From Candidatus Latescibacterota bacterium (lineage in GTDB: Bacteria; Latescibacterota; UBA2968; UBA8231), in NCBI GenBank assembly GCA_965248355.1, contig OZ252098.1, positions 64,001-128,000 on the forward strand: DNA of 64,000 nt. Reading direction: 5' to 3'. Shown here in pieces: positions 42,116-53,823 of the stretch. A program made the translations under genes and the position numbers. The notes beneath the pieces were generated by a model. It had not been told where the DNA came from and did not search any database. It saw nothing but the letters and a program-made list of their open reading frames with translations. Every line of letters starts with the position of its first letter. Within the stretch, counting starts at the first letter, position 1.

Positions 42116-43103
42116 CGCCCGCCCTATCTGGACCGCCCGCCCCTTCTTGCTCTGCGCCGCGGTCCTCCTCCTGTGGGGAGCGCTGTCTGCGCATGCCTCC
42201 GGCTTCGAGTTCGCCGCCATCGGCGACGTGCCCTACGGCGAGGCGGACAGCCTGCGCTTCCTCCGGCTCCGGGACCGCATCAACGCCGAGGACCTGGCCT
42301 TCGTGCTGCACGTGGGGGACATCAAGGGCGGCAGCGGCTCCTGCGCCGACGAGGTCCTGGAGTCGCGGGTCCGCCTCTTCTCCACCTTCCGCCATCCCTT
42401 CCTGCTGACGCCCGGGGACAACGAGTGGACGGACTGCCACCGGCCGGGGGCCGGGTTTTACCCACCCTTGGACCGGCTGGCGAAGCTGCGGGTCCTGTTC
42501 TTCACGCCCCCGGGGCGGGTCCTGGGAGGCGGCTTCCTGAAAGTGGTCTCCCAGGCGGCGGACCCGGCCTGGGCGGAGTTCCCGGAGAACGTCCGCTGGA
42601 GCCGCGGCGGCGTCGTCTTCGCCGCCCTGCACCTCGTGGGCAGCCACAACGCCCTGGCCCCCTTCCCGGCGCGGACCCCGGCCGACGACGCCGAGGTGGA
42701 GCGGCGCACCGAGGCGACCGTGGCCTGGATGCGCCGGGCCTTCCAGGCGGCGGGGGAGTCGGAGGCCGCCGGCGTCCTCATCGCCATTCACGGGAACCCG
42801 CGCTTCGAGCGGGCCCAGGGGGCCGACCCGCCGGAGCCGTACACCGGGTTCCTCCGGGCCCTGTCGGCGGAGACCTCAACCTTCGCCCGGCCCGTGGTCC
42901 TCGTCCACGGGGACTCCCACTACTTCCGCGTCGACAAGCCCCTCCTCGGGCCGGCCAGCCGCCGGCGGCTCGACAACTTCACACGCCTGGAGGTCTTCGG
43001 CTCGCCCCACGTGCACTGGGTCCGCGTGCGGGTCGACGCCGCCGACCCGCAGGTCTTCCGCTTCCGCCAGGAGATCGTCCCCGAGCACGCCCGGCTCGAC
43101 TGA
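42105..43103 (+). CDS. Exported calcineurin-like metallophosphoesterase
   Basis: Signal peptide; GDVPY, HVGDIK, PGDNEWTDCH and VHGDSH. Confidence 0.85.
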   Translation: MFPDARPIWTARPFLLCAAVLLLWGALSAHASGFEFAAIGDVPYGEADSLRFLRLRDRINAEDLAFVLHVGDIKGGSGSCADEVLESRVRLFSTFRHPFLLTPGDNEWTDCHRPGAGFYPPLDRLAKLRVLFFTPPGRVLGGGFLKVVSQAADPAWAEFPENVRWSRGGVVFAALHLVGSHNALAPFPARTPADDAEVERRTEATVAWMRRAFQAAGESEAAGVLIAIHGNPRFERAQGADPPEPYTGFLRALSAETSTFARPVVLVHGDSHYFRVDKPLLGPASRRRLDNFTRLEVFGSPHVHWVRVRVDAADPQVFRFRQEIVPEHARLD

Positions 43104-43116
43104 TGGAGCTGCCCCC

Positions 43117-44301
43117 GTGAAGATCCGCTCCCTGCGCACCTTCAAGTTCAGCGTCCCCACCGGGCAGCGGATCCGCGACCCGGCCACGGGGGAACTGCTG
43201 TGCTCCACCTCCAAGCCGTGGCTGTTCCTGGAGCTGCGGACCGACGCCGGCATCAGCGGCTGGGGCGAGGGCACCGGCGAGTGGCTCACCGAGCCGGTGG
43301 AGGCGGCCCTCCACGCCTGGGAGGAGCTGCTCGTCGGCCGCGACCCGCTGCCGGTGGAGGCCCTGTGCGAGGACGTGCAGGACCGCCTTCCCTGGAAGGG
43401 GGGACCCGTCTTCGGCAGCGCCCTGGCGGCGGTGAACCAGGCCCTCTACGACATCGCCGGGAAGGCCTGGGGCGTCCCGGCCCACACCATCCTCGGCGGC
43501 AAGCGCCGGGACCGGGTCCGAGTGTACACCTCGACCTCCATGGACTCGCCGGAGGCGGCCGTCGCCGGCGCCCGTGAGGCTCTGGAGGCGGGCTTCGCCG
43601 GCGTCAAGGGCAATCCCCTGGAGACGCGGACCTGGCCCGCGGACCGCGAGGCCGTGGACCATTCGGCGGCCTGCGTGCAGGCCATGCGCGAGGCCGTGGG
43701 AAGCCGCCTCGACCTGCTCCTCGACGCCCACGGCAGCCCCACGCCGGAGCTGAGCCTGGCCTTCGCCGAGGCCACCGCCCCGTACCGGCCGCTGTTCCTC
43801 GAGGAGCCGGTGAAGGTCGGCTCGGTGGAGGCCCTGCTGGAGGTCTCGAGAAAGAGCCCGGTGCCGGTGGCCGCGGGGGAGAAGCTCTTCACCCTGGCCG
43901 ACTTCCAGCCCCTGATCGAGCGCCGCGCCTGCGCCTACCTGCAGCCCGACGTCTCCCACTGCTCCGGCATCACCGGCCTGGTGGAGATCGGCCGCGCCGC
44001 GCGGCCCGAGCAGATGCTGATGGCGCCCCACAACGCCGGCGGCCCCCTGACGCTGGCCGCCTCCCTCACCGCCGACGCCGTGACTCCGAACTTCCTGATC
44101 CAGGAGATGAGCCGGTCCTGGTTCGAGAGCTTCGGGGACTACGTCGAGCACGACTGGCGCATCGCCGACGGCCACATCAGCCTCTCCGAGGCGCCGGGGC
44201 TGGGGGTCTTGGTGAAGGCGGGGGACATCGAGAAGCTGCCGTACGAGCCGCTGCCGTACCGCCAGTACCGCCACGCCGACGGCAGCTGGAAGGGGTGGTG
44301 A
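43117..44301 (+). CDS. Mandelate racemase/galactonate dehydratase-like enolase superfamily enzyme
   Basis: GWGEG, ALYDIAGK, DAHG, FLEEP, AGEK, QPD, APHN and PGLGV. Confidence 0.9.
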   Translation: MKIRSLRTFKFSVPTGQRIRDPATGELLCSTSKPWLFLELRTDAGISGWGEGTGEWLTEPVEAALHAWEELLVGRDPLPVEALCEDVQDRLPWKGGPVFGSALAAVNQALYDIAGKAWGVPAHTILGGKRRDRVRVYTSTSMDSPEAAVAGAREALEAGFAGVKGNPLETRTWPADREAVDHSAACVQAMREAVGSRLDLLLDAHGSPTPELSLAFAEATAPYRPLFLEEPVKVGSVEALLEVSRKSPVPVAAGEKLFTLADFQPLIERRACAYLQPDVSHCSGITGLVEIGRAARPEQMLMAPHNAGGPLTLAASLTADAVTPNFLIQEMSRSWFESFGDYVEHDWRIADGHISLSEAPGLGVLVKAGDIEKLPYEPLPYRQYRHADGSWKGW

Positions 44302-44325
44302 GCCTCTCGCGGGCCCCGGACGGCT

Positions 44326-45291
44326 CTAGAGCAGCGTGGGCAGCACCATGGCGAGCGCTACGCTGACCAGGAGTCCGGCGAAGATCTTCGTTAAATCGGA
44401 GAGCACCAGCTTGGAGACCTCCTGGCGGCTGCGGTGCGCCTCGTTCCAGGCGATGGCGATCTCCCGTCCGGCCAGCAGGCCCACGAAGACCCAGGTCGTG
44501 CTCATGGGGATGTGGCTGGCCTCCTTGAACACCAATAGCACCAATCCGTAGATGAGGTCGACGAAGGTCGCCGAGCGGATGTCGGTGGTGTTCGTCTTGG
44601 TCAGCACCACCTTCTGGATGGCGCCGCCGTGGGTGTAGAAGATCACGGCGAGCAGGGCCAGTATGACGACGACGCTGGCCGCGAACCATTCGGGGGCCAG
44701 CTCCGGCGTCCGGGTGACCGGGTCTCGCGGCAGGAAGACGTAGATGTTGGCCAGGTCCTGGATCAGCCACTGGCCCCAGAGGAAGCCGGTGGAGCACCAC
44801 TGGCCCACCACCCACCAGGGGCTCGTTGGTCCCCCCGTCCGGTTGAAGCGAGACTCGAGGCTGCGGGTGACCAGCTTGTACACGAGGATGGCGACCACGA
44901 AGGCCGTTGCATACCCCAGCAACGACTTGATCAGCATGCTCTCCAGCGCCTTGGGCGCGAAGATCGTCAGAGTCAGGAAGGTCGTGCTCACCGGGATCCC
45001 CCAGCGCGTCAGCAGGAGCAGGACGAAGGGGGGAACGCAGTAGATCCAGCTGAAGTGATCCGGCACGGGGATCGCCTGGAGCCTGCCGTAGGAGACATCC
45101 CCGGCATGGGCCATCCACCCGTAGACGAGGACCACCGTGATGATCCCCCCGGCGAAGAGCCAGAGCACCCACCAGGGACGGTGGGAGTTGGAGCTGAGAA
45201 AGGTCCCCAGCGTCTGGATCGCGTCGTTGCCGACGATGGAGTAGGAGCCGAGCAGGAAACCGACGATCATCAGGATTTCCTGATGGTTCAT
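44326..45291 (-). CDS. Compact PiT/PHO4-like membrane transporter
   Basis: Two-fold repeat GNDAIQT...IPVSTT / QDLANI...IPMSTT; ~9 TM segments. Confidence 0.6.
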   Translation of the reverse strand: MNHQEILMIVGFLLGSYSIVGNDAIQTLGTFLSSNSHRPWWVLWLFAGGIITVVLVYGWMAHAGDVSYGRLQAIPVPDHFSWIYCVPPFVLLLLTRWGIPVSTTFLTLTIFAPKALESMLIKSLLGYATAFVVAILVYKLVTRSLESRFNRTGGPTSPWWVVGQWCSTGFLWGQWLIQDLANIYVFLPRDPVTRTPELAPEWFAASVVVILALLAVIFYTHGGAIQKVVLTKTNTTDIRSATFVDLIYGLVLLVFKEASHIPMSTTWVFVGLLAGREIAIAWNEAHRSRQEVSKLVLSDLTKIFAGLLVSVALAMVLPTLL

Positions 45292-45392
45292 GGAGGATCT
45301 CCGTGGGGGGGTGACGGCCGGCGAGTCCGGGCGAGGCGAATGTCGTCAGAGGGCGAGCGCGGCCGCAAGGCGCGCTGGGAGCCGCTTCGGAC

Positions 45393-46772
45393 TCAAGCGG
45401 CCCTGATCCATTCAAGCAGCGTCTTCAGGCCGGGAGGTTTCCCCTGCATCAGCAGCCCGATCCGGAAGATCTTGGCCGCCACCCATACGGCTCCGACCAC
45501 CGAGGCCGCTCCGACCGCGATCGACAGCCATACCTCCCACCACGGCGGCGGCTGGGTCGAGGCCAGGCGCATGAGCATGCCGAAGGTGTTGACGGGCGGC
45601 AGGTAGCTCACCACGACGGTCAGCGTGGACCCGGGGTTGCTGGAGACCAGCGGCCAGAGGAGCCACGGGACCATGAAAACGAGCATGAGGGGCGTCATGA
45701 GCGGCCCGGCCTCGTTCATCTCGTTGACGGCGGCTCCCACGGCCAGCATCAGGGCCCCGAGGGTGAAGAAGCCGATGAGGAAGAAGATCGCCAGGTAGAG
45801 GATCAGCCAGGGATCGAGGAGGCCGAGCAGGGAGAAGGAGGTCAACACCGCCAGTCCGCTCAGGACGTAGACGCCCATCATGACCAGGCTGACGGCCACG
45901 CCCCCGATCAGCTTGCCGGCCATGAGCTCCATGGGCGACACCGCGGACAGGAGCACCTCCACGACGCGGCTCGACTTCTCCTCGACCATCGAGGTCAGCA
46001 ACATCTGGCCGCCGGTCATGACCCCCATGAACAGGAGCATGGTGAAGGCGGCGGGCAGGATGAAGGTGAAGCCCCTGACGGTCTGCCGTTCGTCCTCCGC
46101 ACCGACCGTGGTCGACCGCTGCCGGGGCACCCGGACGAGGGACTCGATCCTGGCCCGGTCCTGCCCCTGGGCGGAGACGCGGGCGTCGACGATCGCGTCC
46201 CGGGCGGTGCGGTGCATGAAGTCCAGGTCCCGTTCGTCGAGACCCGGGGGCACGTACAGGTCGTAGGTCCCGAATTCCGGCCCGGTTCCAGCCGCATGCA
46301 CGGCGTCCCCGTGAATCACGATCAGAGCGCGGTGCCCCGCCCCGTCGCTCTCCTCGTTCAGCCAGGCTTTCGCGGCCTCCATATCAGTACCCGCGGGCAG
46401 CGCGGTCAGCCGGACCTCGGGCGCGGGTCCGGGGGGTTCCAGCGGCGCCTTCTCGATGGCGGCCTCGGCGAGCACGCGGGCCGACTCCGGCGCCTGTTCG
46501 AGGTTCCGGCGGAGTTCCTGCAGTTCGCCGCCGGCGATCCCCTGCTCATCCAGGGCCCGCTGCATCTCGGGGAGGACCTGTCCCGTCGGATCGAGGACGG
46601 CGTACTCGCCCTCGATCCGGAAGTCCGCGTCATCGAGCATCCGCAGGTACCGGGGTCCCAGAAGGAACATGGCCGCGATCATGACCGGAGTGAGCAGCAC
46701 CCCGAGGACGAAGCCCTTCCTGGCCACGACGGCGAGGAAGTCCCGGAGCGCGATCCGGAGGACGCGTCTCAC
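45393..46772 (-). CDS. ABC transporter permease (NatB/YhaP-like)
   Basis: EEKSSRVVEVLLSAVSPMELMAGK and AAKIFRIGLLMQGK; GTGA overlap with the ATPase gene. Confidence 0.9.
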   Translation of the reverse strand: MRRVLRIALRDFLAVVARKGFVLGVLLTPVMIAAMFLLGPRYLRMLDDADFRIEGEYAVLDPTGQVLPEMQRALDEQGIAGGELQELRRNLEQAPESARVLAEAAIEKAPLEPPGPAPEVRLTALPAGTDMEAAKAWLNEESDGAGHRALIVIHGDAVHAAGTGPEFGTYDLYVPPGLDERDLDFMHRTARDAIVDARVSAQGQDRARIESLVRVPRQRSTTVGAEDERQTVRGFTFILPAAFTMLLFMGVMTGGQMLLTSMVEEKSSRVVEVLLSAVSPMELMAGKLIGGVAVSLVMMGVYVLSGLAVLTSFSLLGLLDPWLILYLAIFFLIGFFTLGALMLAVGAAVNEMNEAGPLMTPLMLVFMVPWLLWPLVSSNPGSTLTVVVSYLPPVNTFGMLMRLASTQPPPWWEVWLSIAVGAASVVGAVWVAAKIFRIGLLMQGKPPGLKTLLEWIRAA

Positions 46773-47743
46773 TCGGTCTCTTCCGGAGCGGAGTTGCGAA
46801 GCTCCGCCCGCAGCTGCCGTTCGTCCTCCGGGGTCCGGGTGTCGGAGGCCCGCTGGAGAAAGACGTCTTCGAGCCGCGGCCGGGACAGCTCGATGCGCGC
46901 GGCGGGGATCGTCTCCAGGATGAGGCGCATGGCCGCGGAAGGATCGGTGCCCTGCCGGAGCCGGATCTCCAGGCCCCGGTCCTCGCCCCGAAGGCTCTCC
47001 ACACCGGGCAGGGACGCCAGGGACGTGGTGTCGGCCTCCGGATCGAGGGGCTCGAAGCGGATCGATCGCGGGTCGTGCCGGCTGCGGATGGCGGCGAGGG
47101 ATTCGTCCAGCACCTTGCGGCCCCTGTGGACCATGACGACGTGCTGGCAGATCTCCTCGGCCTGGGGCATGACATGGGTGGAGAACAGGACCGTGGCGCC
47201 CCGTCCGTGCTCTTCGAGGACCAGGTCGCGGAGCATGCGCATGCTCACCGGGTCGAGGCCGCTGAAGGGTTCGTCCAGGACCAGCAGGTCCGGCTGGTGG
47301 ATCACGGCCGCCACGAACTGAACCTTCTGGGACATCCCCTTCGACAGCTCCTCGCATCGCCTCGCCTCGACCCCGGGGAGACCGACGCGCTCGAGCCATT
47401 CGGAGATACGGCGGTCGAGATCGGGACCCTCGTCGCCCTTGAGGCGGGCCACGTACTTCAGGAAGGCCCGGACCTTCATCTTCCGGTACAGGCCCCGCTC
47501 CTCGGGCAGGTAGCCGATGCGGTCCTTGGCGTCCAGGGCGGAGGCATGCCCAAGTACGGACACGGCGCCCGAGTCGGGGAAGAGGATGGACATGATCATC
47601 CGGATCGAGGTGGTCTTGCCCGCGCCGTTGGGCCCGATGAACCCGTGCAGTCCGCCGCGGGGCACCTCGAGATCCAGGTCCTCCACGGCCGTGGTCCGCC
47701 CGAAGGTCTTGGTGACGCCCGTCATCCGGATGGCGGGTTCCAT
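46769..47743 (-). CDS. ABC transporter ATP-binding protein
   Basis: GPNGAGKT, YLPEERGLY, LSKGMSQK and LDEPFSGLDP. Confidence 0.95.
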   Translation of the reverse strand: MEPAIRMTGVTKTFGRTTAVEDLDLEVPRGGLHGFIGPNGAGKTTSIRMIMSILFPDSGAVSVLGHASALDAKDRIGYLPEERGLYRKMKVRAFLKYVARLKGDEGPDLDRRISEWLERVGLPGVEARRCEELSKGMSQKVQFVAAVIHQPDLLVLDEPFSGLDPVSMRMLRDLVLEEHGRGATVLFSTHVMPQAEEICQHVVMVHRGRKVLDESLAAIRSRHDPRSIRFEPLDPEADTTSLASLPGVESLRGEDRGLEIRLRQGTDPSAAMRLILETIPAARIELSRPRLEDVFLQRASDTRTPEDERQLRAELRNSAPEETE

Positions 47744-47765
47744 GGGAGCCCTTCCGCGGGATACG

Positions 47766-47798
47766 AAAAGAGGGGCGGGCCGTCCGGGCCCGCCCCTC
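47766..47798 (-). terminator. Intrinsic terminator after the cox operon
   Basis: Perfect 12-bp stem GAGGGGCGGGCC / GGCCCGCCCCTC with a 5-nt loop, followed by TTTT on the minus strand. Confidence 0.75.
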
Positions 47799-47837
47799 CG
47801 TGGTGTGCCCTTGCTGCGCCTCGCCCCGGGTGATCCC

Positions 47838-48719
47838 TCAGGCCGCGGCGACGGCCGCCGCCACCACCGCCCGGCGCGCGTAGACCCGGGCCAGCTGCCG
47901 GCGGTAGTCCTCGCCGGCGAAGCTGTCGGCCAGCAGCTCCTGGCCCTCGGCGGCGCCGGTCACGGCGGACCGTACCGACTCCTCGTCGAGGGAGGCGCCG
48001 GCCAGGGCGGCCTCGACGCCGGCGTCGCGGAAGGCGGCGCTGGCGATGCCGTTGAAGGCGACGCGGGCCCTGCTGCAGGCGCCGCCGCTCACGGTGACCG
48101 CGGCGGCGCAGCCGCAGACGGCGAAGCGCGACGCCGGGTGCGGGAACTTGAGATAGGACGTGCCCGTGGCCGTGCCCGTGCCCGTGCCGGCGCCGGGGGC
48201 GGGCACGCGCACGGCGGTGATGATCTCACCCGGCTGCAGGGCGGTGGCGAAGAGCTCCACGAAGAAGTCGGCGGCGGCGATGGAGCGGGCCCCGTCGGGA
48301 CCCGTCACCTCCACCGAGCCCTCGGAGGCCAGCACCGCCGCCGGGTAGTCGGCGGCGGGGTCGGCATGGGCCAAGCTGCCGCCGATGGTGCCGGCGTTGC
48401 GCACCTGCACGTCGCCGATGACGGCGGCGGCCTGGGCCAGCAGAGGAGCGCCTCCGGCGACGGCGCTGGAGGCCTCCACGTCGCGGTGGGTGGCGCCGGC
48501 GCCGATGACGACGTCGCCCCCCTCGGAGCGGATCTCGCGCAGCTCCTCGATCCGGCCGATGTCGACCAGATGCTCGGGCGCCGACAGGCGCAGCTTCATG
48601 GCCGGCAGCAGGCTGTGGCCCCCGGCGAGCAGGCTGGCGTCGTCGCCGTGCTCCTGCAGCAGGCTCACCGCCTCGTCGAGGGAGGCGGGACGATGGTACT
48701 CGAAGCTCGAAGGAATCAT
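47838..48719 (-). CDS. coxM: Molybdenum hydroxylase FAD-binding subunit (CoxM/CutM-like)
   Basis: LAGGHSLLPAMKLRL and QVRNAGTIGGSLAHADPAAD. Confidence 0.9.
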   Translation of the reverse strand: MIPSSFEYHRPASLDEAVSLLQEHGDDASLLAGGHSLLPAMKLRLSAPEHLVDIGRIEELREIRSEGGDVVIGAGATHRDVEASSAVAGGAPLLAQAAAVIGDVQVRNAGTIGGSLAHADPAADYPAAVLASEGSVEVTGPDGARSIAAADFFVELFATALQPGEIITAVRVPAPGAGTGTGTATGTSYLKFPHPASRFAVCGCAAAVTVSGGACSRARVAFNGIASAAFRDAGVEAALAGASLDEESVRSAVTGAAEGQELLADSFAGEDYRRQLARVYARRAVVAAAVAAA

Positions 48720-48732
48720 CTCTCCCTCCTCC

Positions 48733-51111
<2,379 letters not shown>

Positions 51112-51122
51112 GATCTCCTCCG

Positions 51123-51587
51123 TCACAGGTTGTCCGCGGCGTGGCGGATGGACTTGACGATGTTGTCGTAGCCGGTGCAGCGGCAGTAGTTGCCCTCCAG
51201 CCCGTGGCGGATCTCCCCGTCCGTCGGGTCCGGGTTGCGCTCGAGGATCTGCCAGGCCGTCATGATCATCCCCGGCGTGCAGAACCCGCACTGCAACCCG
51301 TGCATCTCCTTGAACCCGGCCTGGATCGGGTGCAGCTCGCCGTTGCCGGACAGGCCCTCGACCGTGGTGACCTCGCCGCCGTCGGCCTGCACCGCCAGCA
51401 GCGTGCAGGACTTCACGGCGCGGCCGTCGACGACGACCGTGCAGGCCCCGCAGTTGCTCGTGTCGCAGCCGACGTGGGTGCCCGTCAGGCGCAGCACCTC
51501 GCGCAGGTAGTCGACGAGCAGGAGCCGCGGCTCGACTTCGTGCTCGTGGGTCACCCCGTTCACGGTGACCCGGATCGGAACCGACAT
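51123..51587 (-). CDS. coxS: Molybdenum hydroxylase 2Fe-2S subunit (CoxS/CutS-like)
   Basis: [19 protein letters not shown] and GNYCRCTGY. Confidence 0.92.
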   Translation of the reverse strand: MSVPIRVTVNGVTHEHEVEPRLLLVDYLREVLRLTGTHVGCDTSNCGACTVVVDGRAVKSCTLLAVQADGGEVTTVEGLSGNGELHPIQAGFKEMHGLQCGFCTPGMIMTAWQILERNPDPTDGEIRHGLEGNYCRCTGYDNIVKSIRHAADNL

Positions 51588-51637
51588 GATCGCAACCTCC
51601 TGAGAGGGGGAGAGGAGATGGCGCGTCGCCGACGCCA

Positions 51638-52069
51638 TCACACTTCCTTTTCCAGCGCTTCGAAGAACTGCCGGGTGAACTGCCGGGCCACACCGGTCAG
51701 CACCCGTCCGCCCATGCGGGCCAGCACGCCCTTGAGACGGGCGTCGCCGGCGAAGGCCAAGACCGCGCCTTCGCCCTCCTCGCGGATCTCGAAGGTGCCC
51801 TCCGCCTTCGTCGACCCCAGCCGTCCGCGCACGTCGATCTCGAGCCGGTAGCCCCGGAGGGGATCCTTGTCCCGCACCGCCAGGGATCCGTCGAACCCGC
51901 CGTTGACGGGGCCGAGCTTGATCTGGAACCGCGCCTTGTACACGTCCTCGCCGTCGGGTTCCAGGGAGCTGAGGCCCGGAGTCGTGCGGGCGAGCACCGC
52001 TGGATCGTTCAGCAGCGTCCAGATCCTCTCCGGCGGCGCGGAGAACTTGTGGCTTCCTTCGAGGTGCAA
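51638..52069 (-). CDS. coxG: CoxG/SRPBCC family protein
   Basis: [14 protein letters not shown]...PG and KLGPV; C-terminal QFF; first gene of the cox operon. Confidence 0.82.
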   Translation of the reverse strand: MHLEGSHKFSAPPERIWTLLNDPAVLARTTPGLSSLEPDGEDVYKARFQIKLGPVNGGFDGSLAVRDKDPLRGYRLEIDVRGRLGSTKAEGTFEIREEGEGAVLAFAGDARLKGVLARMGGRVLTGVARQFTRQFFEALEKEV

Positions 52070-52154
52070 GGTCGACTCGGGCCGGGTGTCGGTTGGCGGG
52101 GCGCTCTATATATATTGCTTCCAAGCGGCCGTCAATCAGCTTCACGGGAATGAG

Positions 52155-53198
52155 ATGAGAGAGATCTGGAAGGACATCCTGGCCTGGGAGGAGGAGGGCC
52201 GGCCCTTTGCCCTGGCCCGCGTCATCGAGACCTGGGGATCCTCTCCGCGGCCGGTGGGCGCGGCCATGATCGTCGGCGGGCGCATGGAGGTGGCGGGGTC
52301 GGTGAGCGGCGGCTGCATCGAGGGCGCCGTGATCACCGAGGCCCGGCAGGTGCTGGACGAGGGCGCTCCCCGCCGCCTGCACTACGGGGTCAGCGACGAG
52401 GCGGCCTGGTCCGTGGGCCTCACTTGCGGCGGCCAGGTCTCGGTCTTCGTGGAGCGGCACCCGGGGCAGGTGGAGGGCGGCAGTCCCCGGGTCTGGGAGA
52501 GCCTGAGGTCCCGGCTGGAGGCCAACCAGCCGGCGGTGCTGCTGACGCAGCTGGCCCCGGGGGAGCAGCCGCACCTGCTGGTCGATCCCGAGGCCGGGCA
52601 GGTGGCCGCCGGCGACTGGGGGGAGGCCGCGCCGGCGGCGCTCGAGGCGGCGGCCGGCGCTTTCTCGGGTCGGCAGAGCGGCGTCGTCGAGATCGATGAA
52701 GAGCCCGTCTTCGTGCAGGTCTTCCCGCGCCGGGACCGCCTGCTCGTAGTCGGCGCCAGCCACATCTGCATCCCCCTCGTGCGCCTGGCGAAGGTCCTCG
52801 ACCTGGAGACCATCGTCATCGATCCGCGGGAGGTCTTCGCCCGCCCCGAGCGCTTCCCCGAGCCGCCGGCGAGGCTGGAGCGCGTCTGGCCGGCCCGGTT
52901 CTTCGAGGGTTGGACCGTGGACGAGAGCACTTACGCCGTCCTCCTGACCCACGACCCGAAGATCGACGACGAGGCCCTGCACCACCTGCTGCGCTCGCCG
53001 GCGGCGTACATCGGCGCCCTCGGCAGCCGCCGCTCCCACGCGAAGCGCGTGGAGCGGCTGGGAGCCGCCGGCTTCGACGACGGGGAGATCGGCCGCATCC
53101 GCGGCCCCGTCGGTCTGGACATCGGCGCCGAGAGCCCCGAGGAGATCGCCCTGAGCATCCTCGCCGAGGTGGTGGCCACCCGCCGCGGCTGCACGTGA
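52155..53198 (+). CDS. xdhC: XdhC/CoxI family Moco chaperone
   Basis: [40 protein letters not shown] and [11 protein letters not shown]. Confidence 0.92.
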   Translation: MREIWKDILAWEEEGRPFALARVIETWGSSPRPVGAAMIVGGRMEVAGSVSGGCIEGAVITEARQVLDEGAPRRLHYGVSDEAAWSVGLTCGGQVSVFVERHPGQVEGGSPRVWESLRSRLEANQPAVLLTQLAPGEQPHLLVDPEAGQVAAGDWGEAAPAALEAAAGAFSGRQSGVVEIDEEPVFVQVFPRRDRLLVVGASHICIPLVRLAKVLDLETIVIDPREVFARPERFPEPPARLERVWPARFFEGWTVDESTYAVLLTHDPKIDDEALHHLLRSPAAYIGALGSRRSHAKRVERLGAAGFDDGEIGRIRGPVGLDIGAESPEEIALSILAEVVATRRGCT

Positions 53199-53797
53199 TC
53201 GCCGCGGTGCTGCTGGCCGCGGGCCGTTCCTCCCGGTACGGCGGGGCCGGCGACACCAAGCTGCTGCTGCCCTGGGGCCCGGAGGCGGTCCCCATGGTGG
53301 CGGCCGTGGCCGATACCCTGGCCGTGGCGGGCGTGGGGCGGCTCGTCGCCGTCCTCGGGTACCGCGCCGACTCGGTGGGCAAAGCCCTCGAAGGCGCCGC
53401 CATCGAGACCGTCCTCAACCCCGACTACGCCGCCGGCCTTTCCACCTCCATCGCCGCCGGTGTGCGAGCCGCCCCCGCCGGGGCCTCCGGCTACCTGATC
53501 GCCCTGGGGGACATGCCGGCCGTCACCGCCGCCACCGTGGCGCTCCTGTGCCGCGCCTTCGAGGCCGCGGCGCCGCCGGCGATCGTGATGCCGGTGCACA
53601 CCGGAAGGCGCGGTCATCCCGTCCTCTTCGGACGGGCTTTCCGGGAGGAGCTCCTGACTCTCTCTGGGGATATGGGCGCCCGCGGCCTGCTCGCCCGCCA
53701 CGCCGGGTGCGTGGTCGAGGTGGCCGTCGACGACAAGGGCGTCCTGACCGACCTCGACACCGAGGCCGAGTACCGCGCGGCGGCCACGGCGGACTGA
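53195..53797 (+). CDS. mocA: Molybdenum cofactor cytidylyltransferase (MocA-like)
   Basis: [31 protein letters not shown] and DLDT. Confidence 0.82.
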   Translation: MIAAVLLAAGRSSRYGGAGDTKLLLPWGPEAVPMVAAVADTLAVAGVGRLVAVLGYRADSVGKALEGAAIETVLNPDYAAGLSTSIAAGVRAAPAGASGYLIALGDMPAVTAATVALLCRAFEAAAPPAIVMPVHTGRRGHPVLFGRAFREELLTLSGDMGARGLLARHAGCVVEVAVDDKGVLTDLDTEAEYRAAATAD

Positions 53798-53823
53798 CGC
53801 CGGGCGCCGACCTCCGCCGGGGC

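Noticed and set aside
41522-42220. 233-aa N-terminal extension of the WD40 ORF in the track (1213 aa)
   Set aside because: It overlaps the SET gene on the opposite strand, and the signal peptide begins at the ATG at 41521.
48160-48189. Hexamer repeat GTGCCC/GTGGCC inside coxM
   Set aside because: It is a short in-frame GT/AT linker expansion with no evidence of phase variation.
52107-52135. TATATATATT tract and TTGACG between coxG and xdhC
   Set aside because: It is probably part of divergent promoters, but I could not assign a convincing -35/-10 pair.
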